Program-made: the position numbers and the translations under genes
NCBI GenBank assembly: GCA_001871325.1
Contig: MNVA01000238.1
Span: 1-61,911 of the forward strand
Direction: 5' to 3'
Length of the DNA: 61,911 nucleotides
DNA from: Ignavibacteria bacterium CG1_02_37_35
GTDB taxonomy: Bacteria > Bacteroidota > Ignavibacteria > Ignavibacteriales > Ignavibacteriaceae
Shown here: in pieces, positions 27,852 through 38,467 of the stretch
How the letters are laid out: every line of letters begins with the position of its first letter
Numbering within the stretch: the first letter of the stretch is position 1
Notes under the pieces: model-generated
Told to the model about the DNA's origin: nothing
What the model saw: the letters and a program-made list of their open reading frames with translations, nothing else
The model's database searches: none

Positions 27852-29383
27852 TGAAAACTTTATTGCTTGGAATATTCTTTTTCGGCTCGTTGCTTGCTCA
27901 AGAGGTAGTTGAATTAAAACTGCCGAATACAAACAAAGTTACTATAAAACTTATGTTCATGAACGGTTCTGTTTGTGACCCGGCGGGAAAAGAAGGATTA
28001 ACATACCTAACTTCCGCGTTGATAACACAGGGCGGAACGGGAAGTTTCACTTTCGCTGATATTCAAAATAAAATTTATCCGTGGGCGGCGGGTTATGGAT
28101 CTTCCGTTGATAAAGAAGTTTCCATTTTCACATTTGAAGTTCATCAAGATTTCCTAAATGATTTCTATCCCATTCTAAAAGGATTAATTCTTAATCCGTC
28201 ATTTGCCCAAAGTGATTTTGACCGCGTGAAAAGAAATCAACAGAATTATGTTGACCAGGTTATCCGCGCCTCTTCCGATGAAGAGTATTCAAAAAAAGCG
28301 TTGGAAGATTTTCTTTTTAGAGGAACAAAATATCAGCACATGGTTCAAGGGAAAACCAAAAGTGTAAAAGCAATTACCTTAGATGATGTAAAAAATCAAT
28401 ACAAGAATTTCTTCACAAGAAATAATTTGATGATCGGGATTGCCGGAAATTATTCAAGCGAGTTTCTTTCAACTTTGAAAAAAGATTTGCAAAATCTTTC
28501 GACGGTAAAACCTGTTCTTCCCGCACAGATAATGGTGGAAACGCAAAAGGGAATCAACGTTGAAATTATTCAAAAAGATAATGCGTTTGGTTCTGCAATA
28601 TTCGCCGGGTTTTCGATGAACCTTACAAGGAAGGATAACGACTTTGCAGCACTGATGGTTGCGAATTCTTATCTCGGTGAACATAGAAAGTCGTACGGGC
28701 AATTATACCAGAAACTGCGTGAGACCCGCTCGATGAACTACGGCGATTATTCTTATATCGAATGGTATGACAACGGCGGAAGAAATATGCTGCAGCCTGC
28801 AGGAACTCCGCGAACGACAAATTATTTTTCGTTTTGGATTCGTCCCGTACAAATTGCAAAGCAATTGAAAAATCAGTACAAGGAATTGGAAGATATTAAA
28901 ATCGGGCATGCACATTATGCTGTTCGTTTAGCTGTGCGCGAAATTGATAATCTGGTAAAGAATGGAATGACAAAAAAAGATTTTGAAGCGACGCGCACTT
29001 TTTTGAGAAGTTATATTAAACTCTATGTTCAAACTCCGTCAAGCCGTCTCGGTTATTTAATGGATTCTAAATTCTATGGCAAAAAAGATTACGTTAACGA
29101 GATGGATAAACAGCTTGCAAAACTTACGCTTGCAGATGTGAACCGCGCTATTAAAAAATATTGGCAGTCGGATAATATGTGTGTTACGATTATAACCGAT
29201 AAGAGTGAAGCGGAGCCGCTTGCAAAGAGTCTGAAAGAAAATCTTTCTTCACCAATGAGTTATTCAAACATTGTTAAAGCCGGTTTGCCGAAAGCTGTAC
29301 TGGATGAAGATGACGCTGTGGCTAATTTTAAATTGCATATTAATGAAGTGAAAATCATTAACTCGGCGGATACGTTTAAGTAA
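27851..29383 (+). CDS. M16 family peptidase (non-catalytic partner)
   Basis: Adjacent and overlapping the active M16 gene; M16 fold length and pattern without HxxEH. Confidence 0.8.
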   Translation: MKTLLLGIFFFGSLLAQEVVELKLPNTNKVTIKLMFMNGSVCDPAGKEGLTYLTSALITQGGTGSFTFADIQNKIYPWAAGYGSSVDKEVSIFTFEVHQDFLNDFYPILKGLILNPSFAQSDFDRVKRNQQNYVDQVIRASSDEEYSKKALEDFLFRGTKYQHMVQGKTKSVKAITLDDVKNQYKNFFTRNNLMIGIAGNYSSEFLSTLKKDLQNLSTVKPVLPAQIMVETQKGINVEIIQKDNAFGSAIFAGFSMNLTRKDNDFAALMVANSYLGEHRKSYGQLYQKLRETRSMNYGDYSYIEWYDNGGRNMLQPAGTPRTTNYFSFWIRPVQIAKQLKNQYKELEDIKIGHAHYAVRLAVREIDNLVKNGMTKKDFEATRTFLRSYIKLYVQTPSSRLGYLMDSKFYGKKDYVNEMDKQLAKLTLADVNRAIKKYWQSDNMCVTIITDKSEAEPLAKSLKENLSSPMSYSNIVKAGLPKAVLDEDDAVANFKLHINEVKIINSADTFK

Positions 29384-29403
29384 GGGATATTTAAAACAAT
29401 GGG

Positions 29404-29480
29404 ACGCAGATTTGTTAGGATCAGTTAAGATTGATTAAGATTATCATAAAAAATCTTAATCAATCTTAAAAAATCTGCGT
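29404..29480. terminator. Long hairpin between convergent genes
   Basis: Outer stem ACGCAGATTT / AAATCTGCGT. Inner 18-bp stem TTAAGATTGATTAAGATT (29425-29442) / AATCTTAATCAATCTTAA (29452-29469). T-run follows. Confidence 0.7.
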
Positions 29481-29491
29481 ACCATTTTTGA

Positions 29492-30250
29492 TTAGCTCTG
29501 CTTAAACAACTCATCAAATTTAATTGCTTTATACTTTAACAAGTCTTCAAGCATTCTTCGGCTTTCAATCACCGTAACGGAAGGGTCTAAATACTTAACT
29601 AAATCGTCCTGCGGGTTTTCCATTTCAATATAAATTTTTGCATGATCGTTTAGTTTTTTAATTCGTGAAAGAAGATGAAGCGTTTTCACATCCGGATCTT
29701 TAAAACGGATGTTAGAAAAAACGAAAACAAAATCGGCGTATTTAATATTCGCTTTTTTTAGGTTGAGGGGATTTATCGGAACGCCTCTAACAAAAAAGTG
29801 TTCCGGGTAGGGATTCATTTCCACTAAATCAGTAACGATAACTATTTCTCTTCTGCTGAATTTTTCAAAGTGCTGAATCTCTTGAATCAATTCATCTGCA
29901 AAAGCGGTGTATTCACAAATGATAATATGCTTTTTACATTTAACTTGTGCTAATCCGCGTTCGTGTTTTTCAAAAGCCTGGTGCACGGATTCGGCAATGA
30001 TGGTAATAATATTCGTGTAGAAAAACACTCCGACAATAATTGAAACAATTGCGGCAAGTCTTCCCGGCAGCGTAATCGGAACTATATCGCCATAGCCAAC
30101 AGTGGTTGAACTCACCATCCACCACCAAACGACATCACCAAAAGAATGAACAAGAGGATTAACCCCCCGTTCAAAATACCAAAAGATCGTAGTGGTAAGA
30201 GCAAAACTGACGATCAGTAAAAAGGTTAAAAAATAAATTCTTGATTTCAT
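29492..30250 (-). CDS. Two-TM potassium channel family protein with cytoplasmic C-terminal domain
   Basis: Selectivity filter TTVGYGD. Confidence 0.85.
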   Translation of the reverse strand: MKSRIYFLTFLLIVSFALTTTIFWYFERGVNPLVHSFGDVVWWWMVSSTTVGYGDIVPITLPGRLAAIVSIIVGVFFYTNIITIIAESVHQAFEKHERGLAQVKCKKHIIICEYTAFADELIQEIQHFEKFSRREIVIVTDLVEMNPYPEHFFVRGVPINPLNLKKANIKYADFVFVFSNIRFKDPDVKTLHLLSRIKKLNDHAKIYIEMENPQDDLVKYLDPSVTVIESRRMLEDLLKYKAIKFDELFKQS

Positions 30251-30900
30251 AATGTTGTCTTAAATATTTCTTTTAAAGTTAATAAATTATCTAAAACGAA
30301 ACCCGGATTTTCATTAATTAAAAACTGTTTAGAGCGATAGCCATAAGTAACGGCACATGTTTTCGTTCCGGCATTTTTGCCGCATTGCACATCAAGTTCA
30401 GAATCGCCAATCATAATTGTTTTTTCGGGTAAAACAGAAAGCGAATTACAAATAAAGAGCAGCGGTTCGGGCGAAGGTTTATGCCCGAATCCGTTTCGTC
30501 TTCCCATAATTTCATCAAAATACTTTTCCAATTTAAAATAGTGAAGTATGCGTTCAGCCTGATCCTGCGCTTTGGTGGTGAGCAGGGCAATTTTCTTCCC
30601 GTTTTTTTTCAGAGTTGAAATTGTTTCTTCTACGCCCGGGTAAAGTTTTGTAGTGCCGATAAAATCAAAATAAATAGTTTTATAGACATTAATATAGGCT
30701 TCAATATCATCAACGTGAATGTGCATTGCATCAAAGATTGTTTGGAAATGTTCGCCGATGCGTTTATCTAATTCTTCTTTCGGGAAATAAACCGATTGTC
30801 CGAAATGCTCAAACGTTTTTATGGTGGTTTGGTAAATGGTTTCCGAAGATTCAGTTAACGTTCCGTCAAGGTCAAACACAAATAACTGGATTGATTGCAT
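30247..30900 (-). CDS. HAD-superfamily phosphatase (Gph-like)
   Basis: FVFDLDGTL motif I, GDSELD motif IV. Confidence 0.85.
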   Translation of the reverse strand: MQSIQLFVFDLDGTLTESSETIYQTTIKTFEHFGQSVYFPKEELDKRIGEHFQTIFDAMHIHVDDIEAYINVYKTIYFDFIGTTKLYPGVEETISTLKKNGKKIALLTTKAQDQAERILHYFKLEKYFDEIMGRRNGFGHKPSPEPLLFICNSLSVLPEKTIMIGDSELDVQCGKNAGTKTCAVTYGYRSKQFLINENPGFVLDNLLTLKEIFKTTL

Positions 30901-30916
30901 TGTTATATTCTTTCTA

Positions 30917-30950
30917 TTTTCTGTTCTGACTTCTGTTTTCTGACTTCTAC
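30917..30950. repeat. Second heptamer array related to 21103-21149
   Basis: TTTTCTG TTCTGAC TTCTGTT TTCTGAC TTCTAC. Shares the 12-mer TTCTGACTTCTG with the other array. Lies between the LTD gene stop and the HAD gene start. Confidence 0.85.
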
Positions 30951-30951
30951 T

Positions 30952-33900
30952 TTAAAGTTTCCTTGCAACCACAACTACGGTTTTCAATTTATCAACCACG
31001 GCAGAAGCCTCATTCATCGCTTCAAGATAAACGATATAGATTCCGATGCGAAGCGGGTTCCCGTTATCATCTAAGCCGTTAAACACCACCGAGCCGGATT
31101 GCCCGCTTGCTTGATTATTGAGAAGTGTTCTCACTAATCTTCCTTTCGAATCAAAAATTTTAATCCTCGTCTGCGAAATGGTCTGTGATAAATTGTAATT
31201 GATAATAGTAAAATCTTCAAAGCCGTCGTTGTCGGGAGAAAACGGATTCGGTGAAACGGAAATGTTTGCGGCTCTGTTTGCGTTGGTTGTAAAAATGCTG
31301 TTTTGTTTTCCGGGAGTTGCGCCGCTAACCGCAACCGAAGTGCTCCAATTGCTGCTCAAGTTGCCGTCAATATTTGGATTTATTCTTTCAATCGATCTGT
31401 TGTTCGTATTTACAATATTTTTGTTGTGCCATTTACCCGAATAAAAAATCGAATCAACACTGCTGCCGAAAATATTTTTAAGTTGAATCAGTTCACCTGT
31501 ATTTGTAAAGCCAAGCGATGATGCATTTGCAATTGAGAGATTTGGAAATGAAAGTAACCCGGGATACTTTTTTAGAATGATTGAATCTGCCGCAAGGGCA
31601 AAAAACTCATTCGGCAGAAGAAGAAATCCTGTTTCGGAAAGTTTAAAGAAATTTCCCTTTTCATCTTCGATGCGCCAGCCGCCGATGTTTATTGAATCGT
31701 TTGAAATATTTTGAAATTCTATAAACTCGCAGTTGTCCGTACCGGGATCGAACATTATTTCATTTACAACAAGTGCATTCCGGTTTATATTTTGATTTGG
31801 AAGAAGATTTTCTTCTCCGGCGGAATTTCCATTTACCGCAAGTGAAGTAATCCAACTCAGACTATCAGCTGCACCGCTAATGTATTCGATAGAAAATCCT
31901 TTTTTGCCTGCCCACGAAGATTTATAATGCATCCTATCAATCAACGCATCGCGGAAATCATAGAGATGAATTCCGTCTTCCGTATTGCTGAGCGATGGAA
32001 GATTAACTGCAATAAATTTTATGTTTGCTGCCGGATGGAATGTAGAATAAAACAAAGAAGAATCTTTTGCCAGCACGACAAGTTCTTTCGGAAGAAGAGA
32101 AAAATCGTTGTACGTAATTTTTACTTTCGTTGGAGTTGAAAGCGAATCGGCAATTGACCAATTTTTTAAGTTAAGAGAATCGTTTGCTAAAAGCTCTATC
32201 CACTCCGGTGCGTTATCGTTGGGATTGTACATCACTTCGTTTATAACCAATGCCTGCAAGCGATAACCCGGTTCAAAATATTTTTCCACATAATTATTTA
32301 ATGAATCAGCGTCATTAGCAAAAATAATTTTTGAAGCAAACAGTGTTCGTTTGGAAATTGAACTAGATACTCCGGCAATAACTTTTATCGAATCTCCATT
32401 TTGCAATTGCGCTGTTACAGTTTGCGCATCGAACAAATTATCAGCGGTATTGTTTGAATCGCTATCAACAAAAAATTGCAAAGAAAAATCATCCACTGCT
32501 TTCGATCCGATATTTTTAACGACTGCATAAACCGGGAAGTTTTCGTTTTCACCAAAAGACGGCTGATCTGTCGCGAGAGACGAAATAGTAAGATCGAAAT
32601 CCTTCGGAGTTTGACTGTTAATTTTGCCCGGCGTGCTTTGTTCAATATCTAACGAGCTTGCCCAATTGTCAGAAGCATTTGCCGGCGCCGATAATAATTT
32701 TCTTTCAAGCGAATACCCATTTAACCCGCCCCAACTGCTACTGTAAAGAAGAGAATCCATCACAACCGTTCGATTATCTTTTAACACAACACCGTCAACA
32801 TCATTATTTAAAACCGGTAAATTAACTTTTGCAATTTTAGAAGGAATAACCCGGTGATAATTTATAATTGAAGAATCTTTTGCCAGGACTCCAAAAGTTT
32901 GCGGGGGTAAATTAAAATCTCCGGCAACCTTTCCATAAGCCGGAGTTGTATAAACATCGTTAATCGTCCAATCTTTTAAATTGATGGTGTCGTTTGACGC
33001 ATTAAAAACCTCAACCCACTCCGGCTCGCTGTTTGCTGGGGTGAACATCACTTCGTTTATCAGTACACTGCCCGATGGAAATCCGGCAGATAAAATTTTG
33101 TAGAAAGAATTATTTGTGGAGTCTTCATCCTGAAAAAAAAATCCTTTTACGAAAAACCCTTTTATTCCTTTGAAATTTTCATAAACATAATTGAACGGAA
33201 CAGTAAGAGAATCCAGCGGGTTAAGTGTAAACGAGTCGGAAAGGCTGACCCCTGCATCCGGAATTGAATCGAGATTTTCATCAAGATAAAGTTCAAGATG
33301 AAATGAGAGATTATTTTTGCCAATATTTTTTGCTTTGGCGGAAATGGAAATACTCTCTCCGGCGATTGGGTTTTGCGGAGAAAATAAAATTTCGGAAATT
33401 GTTCCGTCAAAATCTTTTTGCGTAACAGAATTTGTTTTCCCGGGAGTAGCTTTAAAATATCCCGTTGAAGTTTTCCAATTTGATTGATTTATCGCCGGTA
33501 GTTCTGCATCAATTCGTTCAAGCGATCTTCCGCCGCTTCCGCCCCACGATGAAAAATAATAGACACTGTCCATCAACACGTTAAGCGAATCTTTTAATAC
33601 GACCGCATCATCGGTGTTATTTAATGCAGGTATACTCAACACTACCATCTGCGAGGCGACATTATAATGATTGAGGATCGTTGAGTCTTTGCTCAAAACG
33701 ATATAAGAATTTGCCGGAACAAAAATATCAACACCACTAATGCTCACCGGAGTAGCGTTGTCGGAAATTTTCCACCTCTTCAAATTCTTTGTTTCATTCG
33801 AGCGGTTAAAAAGCTCTACCCATTCCGGTTCTCCCGTGGTTGGCGCATACATTATTTCGTTAATGATTAAATCATTAAAGGCATTCGGCTTAGGCAGAAC

Positions 33901-34806
33901 GGTAAACTGCAAAATCTTTTTGTTGTTGAAAAGATTTTCATCATTTGTAAAATTTACTTGCACAAGCAGTTGATAGCTGCCCGCCGGAAGAGTGGTAAGC
34001 TGCTGTGAAATGATTGCCGTATCAGAAGGAGCGAGCGATAGTGTTTCCGAATATATTTTTTCATTCACGGCGCCAATAGAATCTTTATTCCCATCGAAAA
34101 ATATTTCTGCCGTAAATGTGTTTGCGGATGAGACACCTAAATTTTTTATTACCGAATAAACGGTAACCGCTTCATTTAGAAACGGAAGTGCGGGAGAAAT
34201 AGTAAGCGCTGAAACCGCAACATCAAATGATAGCGGGGTGATGCTATTCTTAAATCCCGGCGTTCCATTTATTTGCAGTGCATTTCCCCAGTTAGCCGGG
34301 GAATTATCTTTATTAAAAATTTTCTTTTCATCCGAAATTCCGATTCCGTTGTTTGCAGAGTATTGATACGTTTCAAGCGTGTCGCCGGCGGGTGAAATGA
34401 GTTTTAGTTCGCGGTTGGTTGAGTTTGCCATTCCTAAAGTGCCGAAAGAATTGTCAGCGATTTTTAAGAGTAATGCTGAAGCCGGAATAAGGTTATTGTA
34501 GATGCCCGACACAAAATCATAATCGCCTTCAAAGATAATTGCGAAGCCGTTTGGCGGAAGTTTTATTCCTGATCCGGTTGAGACAAGTCCGTCCGGATTT
34601 GAGTTGTAATATTTTATTTTAAAATTTGTGAGGTCAATAGAATCTGTCTCGCTTGTGTTATATAACTCGACAAACTCGTTGTTGCCGGAGGCGGGATTGA
34701 ACATTATTTCTGAAAAGGTTAGCATCGAATCGCTCTGCGCTTGACTTGTTCCCGCAAAAATGATGGAGCAAAAAAACAAACAGGCAAACGCAAAAATCTT
34801 TTTCAT
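30952..34806 (-). CDS. Giant secreted lamin-tail-domain (LTD) / CARDB-like repeat protein with FlgD-Ig-like T9SS C-terminal domain
   Basis: Five LTD signatures (FSEIMFNP..EFVELYN, INEIMYAP..EWVELFN, INEVMFTP..EWVEVFN, INEVMYNP..EWIEL, VNEIMFDP..EFIEFQN); C-terminal NPFSPDNDGFED. Confidence 0.85.
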   Translation of the reverse strand: MKKIFAFACLFFCSIIFAGTSQAQSDSMLTFSEIMFNPASGNNEFVELYNTSETDSIDLTNFKIKYYNSNPDGLVSTGSGIKLPPNGFAIIFEGDYDFVSGIYNNLIPASALLLKIADNSFGTLGMANSTNRELKLISPAGDTLETYQYSANNGIGISDEKKIFNKDNSPANWGNALQINGTPGFKNSITPLSFDVAVSALTISPALPFLNEAVTVYSVIKNLGVSSANTFTAEIFFDGNKDSIGAVNEKIYSETLSLAPSDTAIISQQLTTLPAGSYQLLVQVNFTNDENLFNNKKILQFTVLPKPNAFNDLIINEIMYAPTTGEPEWVELFNRSNETKNLKRWKISDNATPVSISGVDIFVPANSYIVLSKDSTILNHYNVASQMVVLSIPALNNTDDAVVLKDSLNVLMDSVYYFSSWGGSGGRSLERIDAELPAINQSNWKTSTGYFKATPGKTNSVTQKDFDGTISEILFSPQNPIAGESISISAKAKNIGKNNLSFHLELYLDENLDSIPDAGVSLSDSFTLNPLDSLTVPFNYVYENFKGIKGFFVKGFFFQDEDSTNNSFYKILSAGFPSGSVLINEVMFTPANSEPEWVEVFNASNDTINLKDWTINDVYTTPAYGKVAGDFNLPPQTFGVLAKDSSIINYHRVIPSKIAKVNLPVLNNDVDGVVLKDNRTVVMDSLLYSSSWGGLNGYSLERKLLSAPANASDNWASSLDIEQSTPGKINSQTPKDFDLTISSLATDQPSFGENENFPVYAVVKNIGSKAVDDFSLQFFVDSDSNNTADNLFDAQTVTAQLQNGDSIKVIAGVSSSISKRTLFASKIIFANDADSLNNYVEKYFEPGYRLQALVINEVMYNPNDNAPEWIELLANDSLNLKNWSIADSLSTPTKVKITYNDFSLLPKELVVLAKDSSLFYSTFHPAANIKFIAVNLPSLSNTEDGIHLYDFRDALIDRMHYKSSWAGKKGFSIEYISGAADSLSWITSLAVNGNSAGEENLLPNQNINRNALVVNEIMFDPGTDNCEFIEFQNISNDSINIGGWRIEDEKGNFFKLSETGFLLLPNEFFALAADSIILKKYPGLLSFPNLSIANASSLGFTNTGELIQLKNIFGSSVDSIFYSGKWHNKNIVNTNNRSIERINPNIDGNLSSNWSTSVAVSGATPGKQNSIFTTNANRAANISVSPNPFSPDNDGFEDFTIINYNLSQTISQTRIKIFDSKGRLVRTLLNNQASGQSGSVVFNGLDDNGNPLRIGIYIVYLEAMNEASAVVDKLKTVVVVARKL

Positions 34807-35582
34807 TTTTTCAATGGTTTTTTAAGCTGGTTTTGTGCGATAAAATCAAACAACCAATTCGGAAGCGCCTTCAAAATTTTTATTCCCAATACAGCGCCGA
34901 AGGTAAACTGAATGATCTTTTTTTCTTTCTTAATTCCATCAACAATAATCTGTACGGCTTTTTCAACAGGAATAATGAACGGCATTTTAAATTCGTTTTT
35001 ATCGGTCATCGGGGTTTTGACAAAACCGGGCTTAACGGTTAGAACTTTTATGTTGTACTTCTTCAATTCAACACGAAGGCTTTCAAGATAAGTTGAAGCG
35101 GCGGCTTTGCTGGCGCAATAGAATCCGCTGCGCGGGAACCCCCTGCTTTCTGCAAGAGAAGAAATACCAACGATCATTCCCTTTTTGGCTTGAATGAAAT
35201 CCGGTATCACTTGCCCGGCGCAGTAGACCATTCCCAGCACATTCACTGCGAACGTCTGCACTGCTTTTGCGGATTCATCTTTTCTTACATCGGTTCGAAA
35301 ACTGACGCCTGCATTGAGTACTAAAACATCAATTGAGCTGAAAAATTTTTTTATATGAGCGAAAACTTTTTCAACTTCATCTTTATTGGAAACATCGCAT
35401 CTATAAACTTTTACAATTACGTTATATTGAGATGCTTGTCTGGCAACGGTTTCTAACTCTTCAACTCTTCGTGCAAGCAGCGCCAAACTACACCCTTCTT
35501 TTGCCAACTGAAGTGCAAGGCTTCTCCCTATACCGCTTGAAGCGCCAGTGATAACAACATTTTTTCCGGTTAATTTCATCAT
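34803..35582 (-). CDS. SDR family oxidoreductase
   Basis: TGASSGIG cofactor motif and YCASK catalytic motif. Confidence 0.9.
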   Translation of the reverse strand: MMKLTGKNVVITGASSGIGRSLALQLAKEGCSLALLARRVEELETVARQASQYNVIVKVYRCDVSNKDEVEKVFAHIKKFFSSIDVLVLNAGVSFRTDVRKDESAKAVQTFAVNVLGMVYCAGQVIPDFIQAKKGMIVGISSLAESRGFPRSGFYCASKAAASTYLESLRVELKKYNIKVLTVKPGFVKTPMTDKNEFKMPFIIPVEKAVQIIVDGIKKEKKIIQFTFGAVLGIKILKALPNWLFDFIAQNQLKKPLKK

Positions 35583-35732
35583 GTAAGTTCCAAAATTTAT
35601 CTTTTGAAATTTACTTAAATTTTTTAGAATAGAAGAATTTTTTACCGGGATAACGTTAATTCACTTTTTCCCCGTCAAAAAAAATTTACAATTCCTTAAG
35701 AAATCCTTATCTTTGGAACAAAAATTATTCCA

Positions 35733-36302
35733 ATGTTTAATAGCAATTTTATATCAATAAATAACGTTTTGCTTCGAAAAGAAGTCATAGAAACTCCTTT
35801 TTCTTGCGACCTCAGCAAATGCAAGGGAGCGTGCTGCACCCTGGAGAGCGAGTATGGCGCGCCGCTCAATGAAGAGGAAATAGTCGAAATGGAAAAAGTG
35901 CTTCCGCTGGTAGAAAACATTATCCCTCAAAAACATTGGGAGGAAATAGAAGAGGTTGGCTTTTATGAAGAAAAAGATGGTGAACTTCTAACTCGAAGCG
36001 TGAACAATAAAGCATGCGTTTTCGTTTATTATGAAGATAAAATTGCTAAATGTTCTCTCGAAAAACTTTTTTTTGAAAAGAAGTCTTCGTTTCAAAAACC
36101 GATTTCGTGTCATCTTTTCCCGATCCGCGTCTCGGATTTCGGGGGAGAAATTCTTCGATTTGAAAAATTTTCTGATTGTTCTTCTGCTCTCGAAAAAGGA
36201 GCCAACGAAAACGTAACCGCTTTTCAATTTTGTCAAAACAGCTTAGAACGTAAATACAGTAACAAATGGTACAAAAAAGCAAAAGAATTGACCGGTAAAT
36301 AA
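35733..36302 (+). CDS. DUF3109-like cysteine-rich protein
   Basis: CDLSKCKGACC cluster near the N-terminus. Confidence 0.65.
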   Translation: MFNSNFISINNVLLRKEVIETPFSCDLSKCKGACCTLESEYGAPLNEEEIVEMEKVLPLVENIIPQKHWEEIEEVGFYEEKDGELLTRSVNNKACVFVYYEDKIAKCSLEKLFFEKKSSFQKPISCHLFPIRVSDFGGEILRFEKFSDCSSALEKGANENVTAFQFCQNSLERKYSNKWYKKAKELTGK

Positions 36303-36304
36303 CT

Positions 36305-37753
36305 ATGCTCTCACTTTCTCAACGCTTATCGCAAACGCAAAAACTTTCGCCCCAGCAGATTCAATATCAAAAACTGCTTCAGCTAAATACCATGGCTCTT
36401 GAACAACGAATTAAAACCGAGCTTGAGCTAAATCCGATTCTTGAAGAAGACTTGGAATTAAAACAAGAAGAAAAAGACCCTGACGAAGTCGCTGAAGAGC
36501 CTGAAGATTCTGATTACAGCGAAGAGGACGAGTTCACCGTAGAAGATTACATGAATGACGAAGATTATTTTGATGATCCTTCATATAGCAACACACAAAA
36601 AGATCAGGAAACCTTTCATCCAACCGCACCGCAGCGCGAATCTCTCCAAGAACATTTGCTCGAGCAGCTTTACCTGCTTCAACTTGCCGAACCGCTTGTA
36701 CTCCTCGGTGAAGAAATTATCGGAAGCCTCGATCAAGATGGGTACTTGAAACAAGACCTGGAAATCATCGTCAACAATTTGGATGTGTTTGACCATCTAA
36801 AAATTAGTTTAGAAGATGCGGAAAATGTCTTAAAAGAAATTCAACTGCTGGATCCAATAGGAATTGCTTCGCGAAGTCTTCAGGAATGTCTCATCGTCCA
36901 GATTCAGAATGGAACTTTTGACCCTTATTATTCCTATTTAGCCGAAGAAATGTTGAAAAATCATTTTGAGGATTTTGTTCAGAAAAGATTTGATTCAACG
37001 ATGCAGAAAATGTCACTCACCCAGGAAACTCTTCGCGCAGTTCTTGATTTAATTCAGAAACTGAACCCAAAACCGGGGGAAGGAAATTTTGAAATTGCCG
37101 AACTCAACCAGATCACTCCTGATTTTCTGCTTGAGAAGGTTGACAATAATTATATTATCACTTTAAACGACCGTGCGATGCCTTCGGTTACCGTCAATGC
37201 AGCATACATTGAAATGCTTAATGCGAACAAAGGGAGAAAGAAAATTTCTGAAAGGGAAAAGAACACCTACAAGTTTTTACGCGAAAAATTTGAATCGGCT
37301 AAATGGTTTATCGCCTGTATTGAACAACGGCGAGAAACCTTGCTGAAAGTAATGCGTGCAATTCTTGAAAAGCAAGTCGCCTTTTTTGAAAAAGGTCCAA
37401 AATTTCTCCGCCCGATGATCTACAAAGACATCGCTGAAGAAATTATGATGGACATTTCCACTATCAGCCGGGTTGTAAATGGAAAATTTGTGCAGAGCAT
37501 GCAAGGCGTTCACGAACTGAAATATTTTTTCAGCGAAGGTTTGGCAACTGATTCCGGCGAAGAAGTTTCCAATAAACACATAAAAGAGCGCATAAAAGAG
37601 ATTATCATAAAAGAAGATAAACAATCGCCATTAAGCGATGATAAAATTGCCGAAATATTGAACGAAGAAGGAATACACATTGCGCGCCGCACCGTTGCAA
37701 AATACCGCGAACAGCTGCGGCTGCCGGTTGCCAGGTTGCGTAAAACATTATGA
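36305..37753 (+). CDS. rpoN: RNA polymerase sigma-54 factor
   Basis: N-terminal Q/L-rich region, acidic region, C-terminal RpoN box ARRTVAKYRE. Confidence 0.95.
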   Translation: MLSLSQRLSQTQKLSPQQIQYQKLLQLNTMALEQRIKTELELNPILEEDLELKQEEKDPDEVAEEPEDSDYSEEDEFTVEDYMNDEDYFDDPSYSNTQKDQETFHPTAPQRESLQEHLLEQLYLLQLAEPLVLLGEEIIGSLDQDGYLKQDLEIIVNNLDVFDHLKISLEDAENVLKEIQLLDPIGIASRSLQECLIVQIQNGTFDPYYSYLAEEMLKNHFEDFVQKRFDSTMQKMSLTQETLRAVLDLIQKLNPKPGEGNFEIAELNQITPDFLLEKVDNNYIITLNDRAMPSVTVNAAYIEMLNANKGRKKISEREKNTYKFLREKFESAKWFIACIEQRRETLLKVMRAILEKQVAFFEKGPKFLRPMIYKDIAEEIMMDISTISRVVNGKFVQSMQGVHELKYFFSEGLATDSGEEVSNKHIKERIKEIIIKEDKQSPLSDDKIAEILNEEGIHIARRTVAKYREQLRLPVARLRKTL

Positions 37754-38403
37754 TCCTTTTAGGAAATATTTTTCTTCTTGTTTTTCTTTTTTTAGTTTTT
37801 GGATGGCTGCATTCGTTATTTGCTTCAAATAAAATTAAAGAAGCCGTGAGGAGACGATTTCCGCAGTTCCTTCCATTTTACCGGCTTACCTACAATGTGC
37901 TTTCTCTTTTTACTTTTTTTCTGTTTTGGACTTTTTCGCCAAAGCCCGATGTTATTCTGTACGACCTTTCTTTTCCATTCGACTTTTTAATTCTCGTTCC
38001 TCAATTCTTTAGTTTACTCGGATTGATATGGACGTTAAAGTTTGTTGACGGAAAAGAATTTCTCGGCATCAGCCAAATACAACGATGGAAAACCGGCACA
38101 TACAAAGTAGAAGAATTGGACGAAACATCCGTGTTGCGGATTGAGGGTCCGTATAAATTCAGCCGACATCCGGTTTATTTGTTCTCGATATTTTTTCTTC
38201 TCTTTCGTCCGACGATGAATCTTTTCTCCTTTTTGTTCGTCCTATGTTCAACCATATATTTTTATATTGGTTCCCGGTACGAAGAAAAAAAATTAGTTGC
38301 ACGTTTCGGCGGTGAGTACGTTGCTTATCAGAAAAATGTATCTAAAATATTTCCAACAAAACCGCTGCTCAGGTTTGTTGTAGAAAGATTTATCTGGAAA
38401 TAA
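37750..38403 (+). CDS. Membrane methyltransferase family protein (ICMT/PEMT/NnrU-like)
   Basis: GPYKFSRHPVYLFSIFF motif; multiple TM segments. Confidence 0.7.
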   Translation: MILLGNIFLLVFLFLVFGWLHSLFASNKIKEAVRRRFPQFLPFYRLTYNVLSLFTFFLFWTFSPKPDVILYDLSFPFDFLILVPQFFSLLGLIWTLKFVDGKEFLGISQIQRWKTGTYKVEELDETSVLRIEGPYKFSRHPVYLFSIFFLLFRPTMNLFSFLFVLCSTIYFYIGSRYEEKKLVARFGGEYVAYQKNVSKIFPTKPLLRFVVERFIWK

Positions 38404-38467
38404 GGGAGCGCTATTCTAATTCACTTAAAAAAAAGTTAATTTTACCAAAAGATTTTAGAGGATTACC

